A stretch of DNA of 64,000 nt from Lytechinus pictus. Its lineage: Eukaryota. Where the stretch lies: assembly GCF_037042905.1 (NCBI RefSeq), contig NC_087260.1:16120001-16184000 (forward strand), given 5' to 3'. Within the stretch, counting starts at the first letter, position 1. Each line of letters begins with the position of its first letter. This document shows, one piece after another, positions 40,001 through 55,000 of this stretch. The notes beneath the pieces were generated by a model that saw only the letters and a list, made by a program, of their open reading frames with translations, had not been told where the DNA came from and did no database searches. Both the position numbers and the translations under genes were made by a program.

Positions 40001-43000
40001 GAAATAGAGATAGAGAGACAGACAGAAAGACAGAGAAAGAGGAGAAGGACAGAGCACTTTGCAATCCCTCTTTGCTATTTTGGAAACATTTTACAAGGTT
40101 TTTACACATGTAACAGGATTTTCTAGCATTCTCAGTAAATGGATTTTTCTGATGGAATCAATATATTCAATACCCATCGATTCAGAGATCACTTGTTATT
40201 TATAAAAAAAATATCTTCATCAAACGGAAGAGCCAGCTTACCTGAGAACTGTTCCAGGAGAAAAAATTCTGTCAATCATTCGAGAAGAAATGGCTGCAAT
40301 AAAGCAAAAAATATATTTTGATTTTCAATGTGCCATTTGGTTAAAAATGTTTCATGAAATGCTCTTAAGTATGACCCTATCCTTTATAAGCTAATGACAC
40401 CCTTGCAACTGATTGGCTAAAAGCAAAATGTTTCTTGAAACCCTTCCCAGAACAACCCTATAGTACCATTGTCTTCATGTTGTACTAGATATTTCTTATG
40501 AGGAATTTCAGTATATGTTAAAAGCTACTGAAATCATTGCATCTGACTGGCTCAAAGCAAAATGTTTTGTGAAACAATTCCCAGTAATACCCATCGTACC
40601 ATTGTCTTCATGTTGTACTAGATATTTCTTATGAGGAATTTCAATATATATTAAAAGCTACTGAAATCCTTGCATCTGACTGGCTCAAAGCAAAATGTTT
40701 CTTGAAACCCTTCCCAATACGACCCTATCGTACCATTGTCTTCATGTTGTACTATATCTTTCTTATGAGGAATTTTCAATATTTGTTAAAGCTACTGAAA
40801 TCCTTGCATGTGATTTGCTCAAACAAAAATGCTTCATGAAATCCTTCTCCAGCGTGAGAAATGAGTTCAATCTTACCATGATCTTGATGTCGTGCCAGAT
40901 CTTTCTTGTCGATGTAAAGATCATGGTCCGCGTCGAGCTCCCAGAACTTACAGTAGATGACGTAGAAATGCTCGTAGGAGAAGAAATCTGTGATCTGATT
41001 GATGTCATCTTCTTCCTCTAATAGTGCAATGACCTAGGGTGAATAGATCGGAAGTTAAATGGTATATAATCCAAACATAAACTACAAGTGTACAATTTAT
41101 ATTTATGAATTAATGACCTAAATTGTACAATTGTTGCTGCACTTTATCAAACAAAATATTATGATTGATTGTAGGCATATCTTTCAATACCTGTCAACAT
41201 AAGTTTTCACATCAAATATATATATATATATACAGATTTTTTTTTTGGGGGGGAAGGGGTTCATAAAGATTTAAGTCTGACTAAATGCTGTGCTTAAATG
41301 AAGAGAAAATTATCTTAAGATTAAAGGGCAAGTCCACCTCAACAAAGAGTAGATTAAAAGGAGAAAAAGCAAACAAGCACAATGCTGTGAATTTCATCAA
41401 ACTCGGATGTAAAATTATCGCATATTAAAATTTCACTTATTAAAAAAAAACCCAGTTACATGTTACAACATAGCAGCATGAAAATGAGAGTGTTGATGTC
41501 ACTCACTCAGTTTATCTTTTGCATCTAAATACATGAGAATATTTCAATATTTGCAGGTTTTACAACAAGCGTCTTTATAAATCACAATAGGTTACAATAA
41601 TGGCAATCCTATATTTTCAGTGAAAAGTCAAAGCTTGTTTCACAATATAATAAGAAAAATTTAAGATACTTCATATTTCATGGAACAAAATACAAAATAA
41701 ATAGTGAGTGGGTGATGTCATCAGTCTGCTCATTTGCATACTGACCAGGTTGTGCATGCTGAGTTTTGTGAAATTAAGCGAAACTTAAAACTTCATAACT
41801 TTCTAATATTCTAATATACATCCGAATTTGATGAAATTTTCAGTTACTTTAATTTTTCTCTTTTCATTCAAATCAATTTTTGCTGGAACGGACTTGCACT
41901 TTAACCTTGGATGGATTTTAAAGGTAAAAGAAAGTAGTTGCAGTAAACAATTATTTCATGAGGAAGTCTTTAAATCAAGATTAATTTTCATTTTTCACCA
42001 TATTATCATATCTAGAACCGGTACATTACGGTAATGTAAACTTATCTTTGTAAAATCATGAAATCTCAAAACCGATAATTCTGTTGATCACAAACACAGA
42101 AAAGCATATGCAGGACAGTGTATTAATATTGCTTGGAAAAATACCTGACATTTGATGGAATTCCATGCTTATTTTGCTAATTTCTCAGCAATTACACAAT
42201 TTCTTCCAGAGCCATTTGGCACATATTATTTTATTCATACATACAATCACTAATTTCATTGGATTCTGTTCAAACTTATTCTGAGATCATTACCACAACT
42301 GGTAATCTTAAGATGGAGCAAACTCGGCTTACGAAGACTGCCTTTACTAGTTTCTAGGTCACAGGATTCTAGAGGGAATAGATACTCCCCTTTTTAAGCT
42401 TCTCTTATTGTAACAAAATCATTTGATATTTGAATGTGAAAAATGTCAATCCTCTTTGATTGCAACAATTCCAATGACTCAGTGTCAATACCAGATATCA
42501 ATTCCGAAAACAAGTCAAGGTACATTGTATGAAAATGCTGGCTTGTTGATGTTTAGTGTTAACAGTTTGTAAACTAACAAAAGCAAATCAAAACAGGAAA
42601 ATAGATTTCCCAAAACAGTGATCATGACTAAATGTCATGATACAAAATTATTAAAACCATGATACTGGAAGACTAAGGGTGTGTTTATGCTTCCATTGTG
42701 AGGACAGAATCAGCGTTTTCAAACGTCGATTCAAAACGCTGACCGTAAACGTGGTTCTGGGAGTGCTGTTTATGCTTACTTTTCAGAGGCCAAATCACGA
42801 TCTCCAGCCGGCTTCGCATCGTAATTTTCATTGAGCAGGAAAGTGAGGTCAAATTGGGCGCGCCCTTTTTCGATTTTTTTTTTCCGAGTGTTGTTATGGG
42901 GAAGGTACATCGACTGTTATATAAACATTGAACAATTTCCGATATTTTAGTCATTGCATGGAGCTTCTTGATGTAGCCATATAATTTCCACCATGGTGAG

Positions 43001-46000
43001 GATTATAGTAAGAAAAAAATAAAGAATATTAACTATACAAAATAATAAAATATCTATTTGTTTATGCTACTGGGGCATCTGGCGATGTCTCCTCATTATA
43101 ACTCATGTTCCAGGGTTTTTTTTGGTGTAAATCCCTCAACGTTCATCGTGATGACAAATTGGAAGAGTAATACTAGTAATAGTACTATACATGCAAAACA
43201 AGGGAGATGAGAGGTAATTTCGTGGAGGTAACATGCGACAATGGAGCAATGCGATTGTATTTGCCCGCGGATTTTCATCTCACCGGAAGCATGTACCAAA
43301 TGACGTCATTTAAACACGTTTACGATCGTGGTTCTGTTTATACTTCCCCAGAAAGCCTGATTCCGGTCAAACAACGTTTACAAACGCACCTTTTTGTGAG
43401 TTTACGATCGGCGTTTTGAAACAGCGTTTAAATGAAAGTAAGCATGGACCCAACCGTGTTTTGGACTAATCACGTTTGGAAACGCTGATTCTGGCCTGAA
43501 AAGTGGAAGCATAAACACGGCCTTAGTTAGTATGTCTATAATTCTCTGTATTAGTTTTGTGGTCTAGTGGATATGACCCTGGACGATAGATAATAAGGTA
43601 CAGGGTTCCAATCTTGCTGTGGCAATTTTATCCTTTTGCATCCTTTTGATATTTAACAGCATCTGCAACACTCAACCTAGGTGAGGAAAATGGTAACCTG
43701 GCAGGAAGTTATTCCTTGAAGTTAAAAAAGCTATGCTATACCCAGAGTAACAACATTCAGTTTGCTGGTATTTCAGCATTTAAATTTTATCATTTCACAA
43801 CATTTTATGTTTGTAGACTTACTAGATCAAGTGGGTGTTTCATAAAGCTGTTTGTAAGTTACCAGCGACTTTATGAATGACTGGAGATCCTTTCTTGTGG
43901 TACATGAAACATGCCAGATTTCCATCCACGTTGATTAAGCGCCGAAGAAAGGATCACCAGTCATTCGTAAAGTCGATTGTAACTTAAGAACAGCTTTATG
44001 AAACACTCACCTGGTTTTACAATGATATGGTAACATTTGACCTTGATTTCATTTACTTTTTCTCGTTGAATAATTGCTGCAGCTACATCAGTTTAGCTTT
44101 AAAGAGATCTACTTCATTTTGGTCTGAGGGCATTGACTGGGACTGAAAGTGCTCCATTCCATTTTCAATATTTATCAGCTCTATGTTTTGAAAAACTTCA
44201 GACAAAGTTTGGCTTTCTGGAGAGATAAACTCTGCAGCTAGTTGCACAGGTGCACGTTCCAGGCTTCAGGATACTCATTAAAAGAAGTGTTAAATAGCCT
44301 CGTAATTTGCTGCGGGACAGAGAGGGATAACCTGAACCCCCGCTGACCCTTGACTTCCTGTAGCCATGATGGAGTTTGACGACAGGTGATTGCCTGGTGG
44401 AATCATTCTCCCCCCCTTCTAAAATATAATCAATGAAAATGATAACACACTGAACCAAAGGCACCATCGTCTTTATATTTATTTGTGAAGAGAATATTAG
44501 TCTATTATTACATCATTTGACTTCCGAACAGATCTCCCAAAGTATACATGTGTTGTGGCTTAGTGGACAGGTCTCCAGAACATGAACCATAAATTCCAGG
44601 TCCAAATCCCATCGCAGAACTCATGGCCTTTGGCAAGGTGTCAATTTGCCACTCTCCACCCAGGAGTATTAAATGAGTAACGGCTGGAAGGAATTCCTTG
44701 AATACCCAAGCACCTAATCAGGGCAGCCATGCTAAAGCTAGGGTAACAGTTTGCAATGCTTAGAAACATTGTATAAAGCGTTACTGCATATTATTATAGT
44801 TAACCCGCAATAATTCACAGTGGGAAAAAAATCAAACTTGCTTCTCTCAGAAATCTCTCTAAGTACACAAAACTGATTTATTTGAGAAAGCAAATGTCCA
44901 ACTCTACGCTCTGGAGTAAACACAACCTTATCACATTTAAAAAAAAAGGTCTGACTTGCACTAAAAAATGTTGTGTAATATTGGAACTACGAACATGGAT
45001 GTCGCAATTTGGATCTCGAGAGTGGGCAAGACTGTAATGAACAATGCAGCACAAATTTTAATGTCATTGACTTATAACAAAATATGTTAACGGGGCGGGT
45101 GGTAAATAAACCTTCCCTTACCGTGTTTACACGCTGCCCCGGCTCTTAGTGCAGATCTGTGAAACGGGCAAGACTCGCCTTTTTTTATGCGTGTAAACGC
45201 GATTAACTTGCCTCGGCTCGCGTAGCAAACATCTGTATTTTTGCCCTGCAAACCAAGTCTGATTCGAGAGCTGGGACAACCTGTAAACGCGATGCAGGAT
45301 AACCCACGAGCCGAGTCTGCACCGGCTCGCGGATCTGCACCACGAGTCAGGGCAGCGTGTAAACACGGTACCTGTCTTATCGGGGTTAAGATTTGACTTA
45401 CCGAAAGTAGATTACTCCTCCTGAGTTCTGGTAATGTTATTCTCCCTGTCCATGATCTGTTGATGGTGTAGAATATTCTCGATACAACCTGGAACAAAGA
45501 GAAATTGCCAATTTGTTAATTGGTCTAATTACCAAGGGCTGGTCTCATGAAGCTGTTTGTAAATTATGCACAATCACTTAAGGTCTCTCTGCCTTCTAAT
45601 GAGGCACATAGAAAAATTAAAGACAATTGATAACTTCATTATGCTTTGCATGTGTGTGGCTTTTTAACACTGTACTAGTAACTCATATCGGTTAAAGCTG
45701 GGGCTTCTAAATTAAAGCATACAAGTAACTATGCAAGGTTATAGATATGTTTCTATTTCACTATTGTTTTATTCTTGCCTATCATATTAAATATTTCAAT
45801 TAAAATTCTCACCAAATGTGGATAAAAAGAGCAAAGAACAACCCCCCAAAAAATCAGTGGTTAACATTAATATAACCATCTTTCCTATTAAATACAACAT
45901 ATCAGCAAAGCACATAATGTCAGAAGTGTCAAATATATATTCCATTTCTCCAAAATATTCCATTATCCAAAAGCAATGTTTAGTCTGGCACTGTGGATAT

Positions 46001-49000
46001 ATCTTAACCCACAACAATTGCGTATTTGTATTTTGAAAGTTATCAGCTCTCACAAACACTTAATAATAATCTTCACTCAGAAAGTCACGACAAGTCAGAA
46101 AAGTGCAAAATCTCCTATCATTTACACTTTTGCTGACCTGAATTTCACCCCATTATTTCTTTCTCAGTGCTAAAATGACCCAAACTGCTTTCCTTCTAGA
46201 CAGCTTCTAACAGCGTTCTTATTTCTCTCTCTTTCTCTTTTCCTACAACTCTTGCTTCTTGAGATTTCTTTTTCTCTGTTCGCTTTCTCCTCCCATCTAC
46301 ACTGTTAGAAAATTTATCCTTAAAGGACAAGTCCACCCCAACAAAACCTTGATTTGAATAAAAAGAGAAAAATCCAACAAGCATAACATTGAAAATTTCA
46401 TCAAAATCGGATGTAAAATAAGAAAGTTATGACATTTTAAAATTTTGCTTAATTTCACAAAACAGTTATATGCACATCCTGTTGGGTATGCAAATGAGTA
46501 GACTGATGACGTCATCCACTCATTATTTCTTTTGTATTTTATTATATATGATATACAGAATATTCTATTTTTCTCCTCATTGTCAAGTGAAACAACGATC
46601 AATTCCTCCCTGAACATATGAATGAGCATTTTTTTATACTATATGATTCAGTCAAGTTGGTCCTTATTGTCAAATCTGTAAAAAAAAAAAAAATAAGCAA
46701 AACTTTAAAGTGTCATAACTTTCTTATTTTACATCCGATTTTGATGAAATTTTCAGCGTTTTGATAGTTTGATTTTTCTCTATTTATTCAAACTAACATT
46801 TTTCTGGGGTGGACTTGACCTTTAAAATAAAAGAAGTTCCTGCAGCAGAGTCTTGAGAACACTTGTAATCTTACCAGATTGTGTAATCTTACAGGAAATT
46901 GGTATTTGGTGTATGGAATCTTACAAATTTCCTTCAATAAAACACCCTTTTTAAACACACCTGTTCTGTTAAATTGCAGAAAAATTCCTGTTTTATGAAT
47001 TTACAGAATGATTCTGTTATTGCTTTTTGCAAAATCTTTTTTTTTCCTGTAAAATCACGTTTTTTTAAACAGTGTACTCTCTCTTAACTCTTCAACTTTG
47101 AACTGCTCCAGTTATCTTTGTCTAGCTTAGTTTCTTTAACTCTTTCTCTAAAAAAACCCCCTCCTTTTTATAAACAGTATCAAATCTACATGTAGATATC
47201 TCTTTTTACTTGCAGCTACAGTGTATATAAATGTTACCATTTTCATTCTTTCTCTTTTCAAGGCTGGTGGGTGGGAGGGGGGAGGGGGGGGGTGCTCTCT
47301 GCATATCCTTTTTTACCACTTCTCTCATATGCTCCTATCATATGCTTTCATTGTGTCTATCCATCTCTTCTTCCCAAAACGATTGCTACCTATCTCTTTC
47401 TTTCTTTCTCCATCCCCCATTTGACCCTTTCCGTGTCCGTGGAAATTTTAATGCATCTTGTTCTGTTACTCCCAATCCCTCTTTACCTCCATCCCTCTCT
47501 CCCTCCACCCCCATCACCCTCAACCCCCATCGCCCTCCACCCCCTCTCACATACCCTCTCTATCCCTCATCCCCTCTCCCCTTTTACCCCTTCTATCTTT
47601 CCATCTCCTCTCCATAACCCCCTCTCCCTGACCCATGCCTCCTCCACCCATTTCCACCCCATCACCCTCAAGCCCCTCTCACTGCTTTAACCCTTCTATC
47701 TTTCCATCCCCTCTCCATATCCCTCCTCCCTGACCCATCTCTCTCTTCCATCCCAATACCCTCAACCACCTCTCACCTTTTACCCCTTCTCTCTCCAACC
47801 TCTCTCTTACTCATTCCCTCTCCCCTTTTACCCCTCTATCTTTCCATCCCCTCTCCATATCCCTCCTCCCTCACCCCTCTTTCTTTCCATCCATCTCTCC
47901 ATAACCCCCTCTCCCTGACCCATGCCTCCTCCACCCATTTCTCCTCATACCCTCCCCTTTTACCCCCTCTTTCTTTCCATCCCCTCTCCATATCCCTCCT
48001 CCTTGACCCATCTCTCTCCTCCACCCCATCACCCTCAACCACCTCTAACCTTTTACCCCTTCCCCCAACCTCTCTTCCTCATCCCCTCTCCCTATTACCC
48101 CCTCTATCTTTCCATCCCCTCTCCATATCCCTCCTCTCTGACCCATCTCTCTCCTCCACCCCTTCACCCTCATCCCCTTTAACCCCTCTATATTTCCATC
48201 CCTTTCTTCATAACCCCCTCGCCCTGATCCACCTAGTTCTCCTCATACCCTCCCCTTTCACCCCTCTGTCTCCCCCTCTCTCTAGCCCCATCACTTTCCT
48301 CCCTCATCCCTCTCCCTTCCCTCACCCTTCCACCCACAACACTCTCCTTCAATCCTTCCCTCTTACCCCTATCTCTCTCATACCACTTTCAATCTTAACC
48401 TCTTCTTGCTTATCTACCAAAATTGTTTTCATCAACATTTACAAAAGTTTTCTTGTTACCATAGCGACGTAAAAATAACTATGTACATATCTTCCGGCTA
48501 ATAACAAACTCTTTACACCCTACCTCCCCCATCCCCCACACTCCTTAGGCCAATGCTCCCCCAAGTGCCGCCCACGCTACGTCATCCATTGGTTCATAAA
48601 GTCAAGCGGGAGGAGTCATGTTGACTCTCAACCAATCAAATCCAAATGAACACGCATTCCTAAAAATACAACATTAAACCTAAACATTGATGAACAAAGT
48701 ACTTGGGAAGCTTGAAGAAGCAACCTGCAATCTGATTTTGATCCTCTTTTGCTGATTGTGAGCTGCTTAAACATTCACTCCGCTTTCATGAAATGATATT
48801 TGGAGACTTTTTAAAGAAATTCAGCAAGCACCAAGTACATTCAATATCGATCGAGGAAAGAGGAATATCAAATGGGGTAAGTGGTACACTGGTTTCCTCT
48901 GAACTGTCTCCTAATTCTTTATAATGAAGTTTGATTAATCTACTTTTGACGAAATTAAGTTGATGATACTGGAGTCGATGATGTGGAGCGTTGTGGCCCA

Positions 49001-52000
49001 GTGGATTAGTCTTCTGACTTAGAAACAGAAGGTCGTGGGTTTGAATCCCAGCCATGGTGTAATTCCCTTCAGCAAGAAATTTTTCCACATTGTGCTGCAC
49101 TCAACCCAGGTGAGGTGAATGGGTATCCGGCAGGATTAATTCCTTGAATGCACTGAGCGCTGAAAGGCAGCTCGAGCTAAAGCCGGGGTAATAATAATAA
49201 TAAACAATGCGCCTCGGAATAGAATAATTCTAGATAGATAGCGCTATATAAATGCCTATTATTATCATTATACTGTTATCTTGGGTATCAATCTGTCAAA
49301 ATCTTGGAACTTGCTAGTAATGCTGATTGTGACAACATGTAGTCTTAGGATAACTATATTCAAATTTTGAGCAAAACTGTTTACCTATTCAAGAATAGAA
49401 TATGAGTTCACAGTTCTCATATCACAAGGTATGATGGGTAAAATTTGAATACATTATGAAGCGAGCATTGATTGAAATATCCATGGTTGCACTATTAATT
49501 CTCGCACTTTGCTGATCATTACTCTTAAAATAGCACTCAAAATTATTGTAAGAATGCAGTAATACAAAGAATGAAAATAGTGATGTAAAACAGATCAAAG
49601 CAATAAATACAAATTTGATGATCGTCATAGTGAAGCACAAGTAGGAGATGACATTCAATAAAGTAACATTTCACATTCAATTTGAAAAAAAAATCAGGGT
49701 TACACTTGTTTATTTTTTCTCTGTTCATTCAAAGTAAGTTTGTAGTTGATTTGGCTTTAAAAATGACATTAATGAATTGAACACCATGTGTAATATGAAG
49801 AAGGGAAGGAAATACAGGCAGAAAATTTAAATGGAAAGACGAGATAGGATGAAAAGAGGAAATTAGAAGTATTCTTTTTTGAAAGTGAGTTAAGTCCTGA
49901 AAAGGACTGTAAACCAGATGAGGGGTTATTTTTTTAAAACTTATAAATGAGGGTTAATTTTTTAATTATTCTTCTTCCTAGGCCCCACTCTCCCCATCTT
50001 TATGATGGTCAAATATGCAGTTAAAGAGGGTAACTCAACTATGAGGAGATGTTGCATGCAGTGAATCTTCTGCCATAGGTTTATGCATGTTGGGATAGTC
50101 TTGCTACCGATACCCTTTCATTAAACAAACAGAAATATATTGTGTATTTTGGTTGATAATTTATTATTGCTTTCGATCCTTATTAAAAACAGGGATGTTT
50201 GGAAAAGTACTCTAAATATTTTGGTTTTGGGAGGAATATGGGTATTGTTGTAGGAATGGTGTTGGGATAAGAAAATTACTAATTGTTTAACTGGGTATAC
50301 ATCACAAGACTAAGTGATGAAATTGTTGAATCCTGGGTATGATCATGGACCTAGTAGGTCCATGATATGATCAAGGGTTTGTCAGAGTAGTTTATGTCTT
50401 GAGCTGGCATTGTTCAATCACTAAAGTGTGTGTGGTATCTTGGCTTTAAATGGGAAGCTCACCCTGACTTTATGTTGGTTTTAATAAACCAGAAAAATTG
50501 GAGAAAAATATTGGTCAATGTTTGATATAAAGCTATCACAGAATAAGAGATTTATGAATTTTCAAAGTTTTTAATTTGTGAGGTCATTTGCAAGCAGCCC
50601 CCCATATATCATGTAATATAATACCCCTTTCATAAACCCAATAAAACATATCCTCCAATTAGCCGCCTAAGAGTAATGCGGATAATTCAATAAAAATTGC
50701 GTTCACAAACTCCATAAATTATTTTCACGAGCGCCCGTCCTGAAAAAGGCGGATAATCGTCATGACAACTGGACACGCCCCCTCCAATGCGGTTGTGTTG
50801 GAAAAAGGTGACCTTGTGACCGCACCATGGCAATTATCCGCATTATTTGGAAATACGTTCATAAACTTCATAAACTTGTCCCGATGCCGCTATTATGCGG
50901 ATAATAGCAGCATCAGAATAATGCGGATAACTCTTGTCCTCCTCTGATTTTACGACCAAATTATGCTGCTATTAGCCGCATAATTGTGTTTTATTGGGTT
51001 TATGAAAGGGGTATTCATTCCATTCTTATTTCTTAATGGAAAATGATTAATTCAATATTTCTTATATAAGGGGGTATTAAATGATGAGCCTGATGATATA
51101 TCCACTACACAAATAATAACACTTCTAATTTTTATTATTATCTTGTTACTGAATGGTTTTAAGAGTTAGTAATAATTTCAATGCCAGAATTTTCTGATTC
51201 CCTACAGGACTCAGAGAAGTATTGCATTTCTTCTGCTTCTTCTTCTGTGCTGCGGAGTGGAACAGAACAATGCTATTCCAATCCCCGGACCCACAGCCCA
51301 AGAGTTCTACACAGAAACATACACAGAGGTTATAACTGAGACTGTGCCATCTTCTGAAACAGAGGGCGCTACACAAGAAAGACAGCAGAGGCCATTGACT
51401 GGTACAGCTGGAGAAGTGAGTATTTCAGGGGAACTTTTCATGAAAGGCTGTGCCAAGTGTTGAATTTCATTTTCTTTGTTACATACTCAATGAAATAATG
51501 ACAACCTCTTGAAGGTCAAATCCACCCCAGAAAAATGTTGATTTTAATCAATAGACAAAAATTGAACAAGCATAACACTGAAAATTTCATCAAAATCGGA
51601 TGCAAAATCAGACATTTTTAAGTGTTGAATTTCATTTTCTTTGTTACATACTCAATGAAATAATGACAACCTCTTGAAGGTCAAATCCACCCCAGAAAAA
51701 TGTTGATTTTAATCAATAGACAAAAATTGAACAAGCATAACACCGAAAATTTCATCAAAATCGGATGCAAAATCAGACATTTTAAAGTTTCGGTTATTTT
51801 TCACATAACAATTATATGCACAACTCAGTGACATGTTAATGAGAGACTCGATGATGTCTCTCACTCATTATTTATCTTTTTTTGTCATTGTTTGAATTAT
51901 TTCAATTTTACAGATTTGACATTAAGGACCAAGTTAACTGAACCATCTAATGTTATGCCACATGTTCAGGGAGGAATAGAACTTTGTTTCAGAGGACAAT

Positions 52001-55000
52001 GAAAAGAATATTACAATATTTCATAATTAAATACGAAAGAAAAGTGAGTGTGTGATGTTGTTAGTCTCCTCATTTACATACCGATCAGGGTGTGCATCTA
52101 ACTGTTTTGTGAAATTAAGTGGAATCTAATCAGTCATGTCATAACTTTCTTATTTTACATCAGATTTTGATGAAGTTTTCTGTGTTATGCTTGTCAGATA
52201 TTATTCTTTTTGTTCAAATCAACATTTTGTTCTGGTGGACTTGTCCTTTAAAAATAGAGTTTCTAAAATATTTTAGTTCAAGCAGGTAGATTTTTATTGT
52301 CATAATTATTAAAATTACTTTAAGACTATAACATTACATCAGTCTTGTTTAAAATAAAAATCCTTGAACTTTGTATGTGTAATATTTAGTACTGTCAAGA
52401 CATCCCAGAAGAAACAGAGATCAATCTTGTGCAAATTTCTTTCAAACAAGCATTTTAGATGTTCCCGTGGCTTTTTGTAAGACGGGGCCCCAGTATATGG
52501 AATAAAATTGGGATGGTGCTTCAGGGCACTTGTATATTTTCACTTTTTGAAGCATTGAATATTCATACAGGAAAAATAACCTTTGACTGCTTTCAGCACT
52601 GGAATAGCACCATCTTTGCTGGTGATTGCATATCATGCCATTTTTCCATTCAAAAAAATTGTGGCATTTTTTTTTTAATTTTGCCTTTCATGTAAACCAC
52701 AAAAAACACCCCTTTCATAGTATTATAATGGAATTAAAACATTTCACTTTCAAAAGCTGCTGTCTAAAAACATTTCAAAACTTTTAGCAAATTGGGAAGA
52801 AAATAATCAAAAGGACTTGTACATGTAGTATAAAAATTAACATTATTTGCAGACTTGTAGAAAAAACAGTGCATATAAATTAATGATAACCTGTTTTTTT
52901 AAGTCTATAATTTTCACTTTTTCTTTGCATTATTTAGCCACCCATTGAGACTGTAAAAAATGAAAGCCAACAGATTATCGACACTGGGGATAGTATCACC
53001 TTACACCAAACTGATACACTCAGAGCCAACACCAGTAACACAGCATTGCCTGAATCCAACACCACATCAGGTGAAAGTGAGGACTCGGAACATGCAGCTG
53101 CAGTTGTTGGCGGTGTTAACACTATGGCTGCAAGCACTGGATCTACACCCCATGTCATGCCTAATAACACCATTTTCAGTCCTGTTAGCACTGGTTCAGC
53201 ACAAAGCACCTTGGGGAATACACCTCCAACTACATCACTTTATTTGACAACGACTACAGCTGAACAACCACCAAGTCATCATAAAAAGTCCACTGAAAAT
53301 GATATCACAATATCGTATGTGACAGAAATTTATACAGAAATTATTGACAGGACAGAACTTGTGGTGTCTGACACCGATTCCAAGGATGTAGCTGCAGTTC
53401 ATGAAGGAGTTAACACTACAGCTACAAGCACCAGATCTGCATCACAAGGTAGTACAAGTAGTGAGGATGGGAGATCACATGATGTTTTAAACCAAGATGA
53501 AGACTCTGAAACATCTCCATCAGCTCATCTTTCAACAACTAGCACTTTACACCACACACCTCCAACTACAGCTCATCATTCAACAGCTAGCACTTTACAC
53601 CATACACCTCCAACTACAGCTCATCATTTGACACTGATTACAACTGATCAGCCAACAAGCCGTCACGAAAAGCCCAGTGAAAATGAAGAAACAGTATCTA
53701 TTGAACCATATGTGACAGAAATTTATACCGAAATTATTGACAGGACAGAACTTGTGGTATCTGACACCAATTCCAAGGATGCAGCTGCAGTTCATGATGG
53801 TGTTAACACTACAGCTACAAGCACCAGATCTGCACTAAAAGGTAGTGCAAGTAATGAGGATGGGAGATCACATGATGTTTTAAACCAAGATGAAGACTCT
53901 GCAACACCTCCATCATCTCATCATTCAACAACTAGCACTTTACACCATACACCTCCAACTATAGCTCATCATTTGACACTGATTACTGCTAATCAGCCAA
54001 CAAGCCGTCATGAAAAGCCTAGTGAAAATGAAGCCACAGTATCCACTGAACCATATGTGACAGAAATTTATACAGAAATTATTGACATGACAGAACTTGT
54101 GGTGTCTGACACCGATTCCAAGGATCTAGCTGCAGCTCATGAAGGAGTTAACACTACAGCTACAAGCACCAGATCTTCACTACAAGGTAGTGCCAGTAGT
54201 GAGGATGGGAGATTGCATCATGTTTTAGACCAAGATGAAGACTCTGCAACATCTCCATCAGCTCATCATTCAACACCTGGAAATTTACACCATACACTTC
54301 CAACTACAACTCATCATTCAACAGCTAGCACTTTACACCATACACCCTCAACCACATCTCACTTGACACCAAGTACAACTGGACAAACAACAAGCCGTCA
54401 GGAAAAGCCTACTGAAACTGAAGTCACAGTATCCACTGAACCTTATGTGACAGAAATTTATACAGAAATTATTGAAAGGACTGAACTTGTGGGGTCTGAT
54501 ACGGATTCCAAATCTGATCAAATCGTTTCAACTGAAGATGAGGAAGATTCTGAGCAAGCGGACAACACGGCTGATATGTCTCAAGACCTGGCAAACATTA
54601 CTCCACCTATAAGCAGAACTACTCCACACGACACTGATCAAAGCACCATCCTATCAATCTCTTACTCCAGAACTGAGCCACTCATCTTTGCAGACAGGGT
54701 GGTCATGACACCACCTTACACCGGATCAAGTCCAAACATGACAGCTCCTCAAATTACCAGCACCAGTTTTACACCAGACAGTCAAAATCTTACACCAACA
54801 CCAGCTGATCCTTCTTCACCAATATCTGATGTAACACCAGAGAATGGGGCAAGCACCAAAAGTGCATATGTATCTCCTGTAACTAGTTCTGCTGCACCTC
54901 CTGAACCAGAGGTGACAGAAATTTACACAGAAATAATGGAAATCACAGAACTAGTTATGTCTGAAGCTGAATCTGTTGATACCCCCTCAATACAAGAATT

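Noticed and set aside
47221-48182. Pro/Leu/Ser-rich ORFs
   Set aside because: Artefacts of the C/T-rich minisatellite.
48985-49060. Possible tRNA gene (A and B boxes)
   Set aside because: It continues into a SINE body and tail present in several copies, with no proper acceptor stem.
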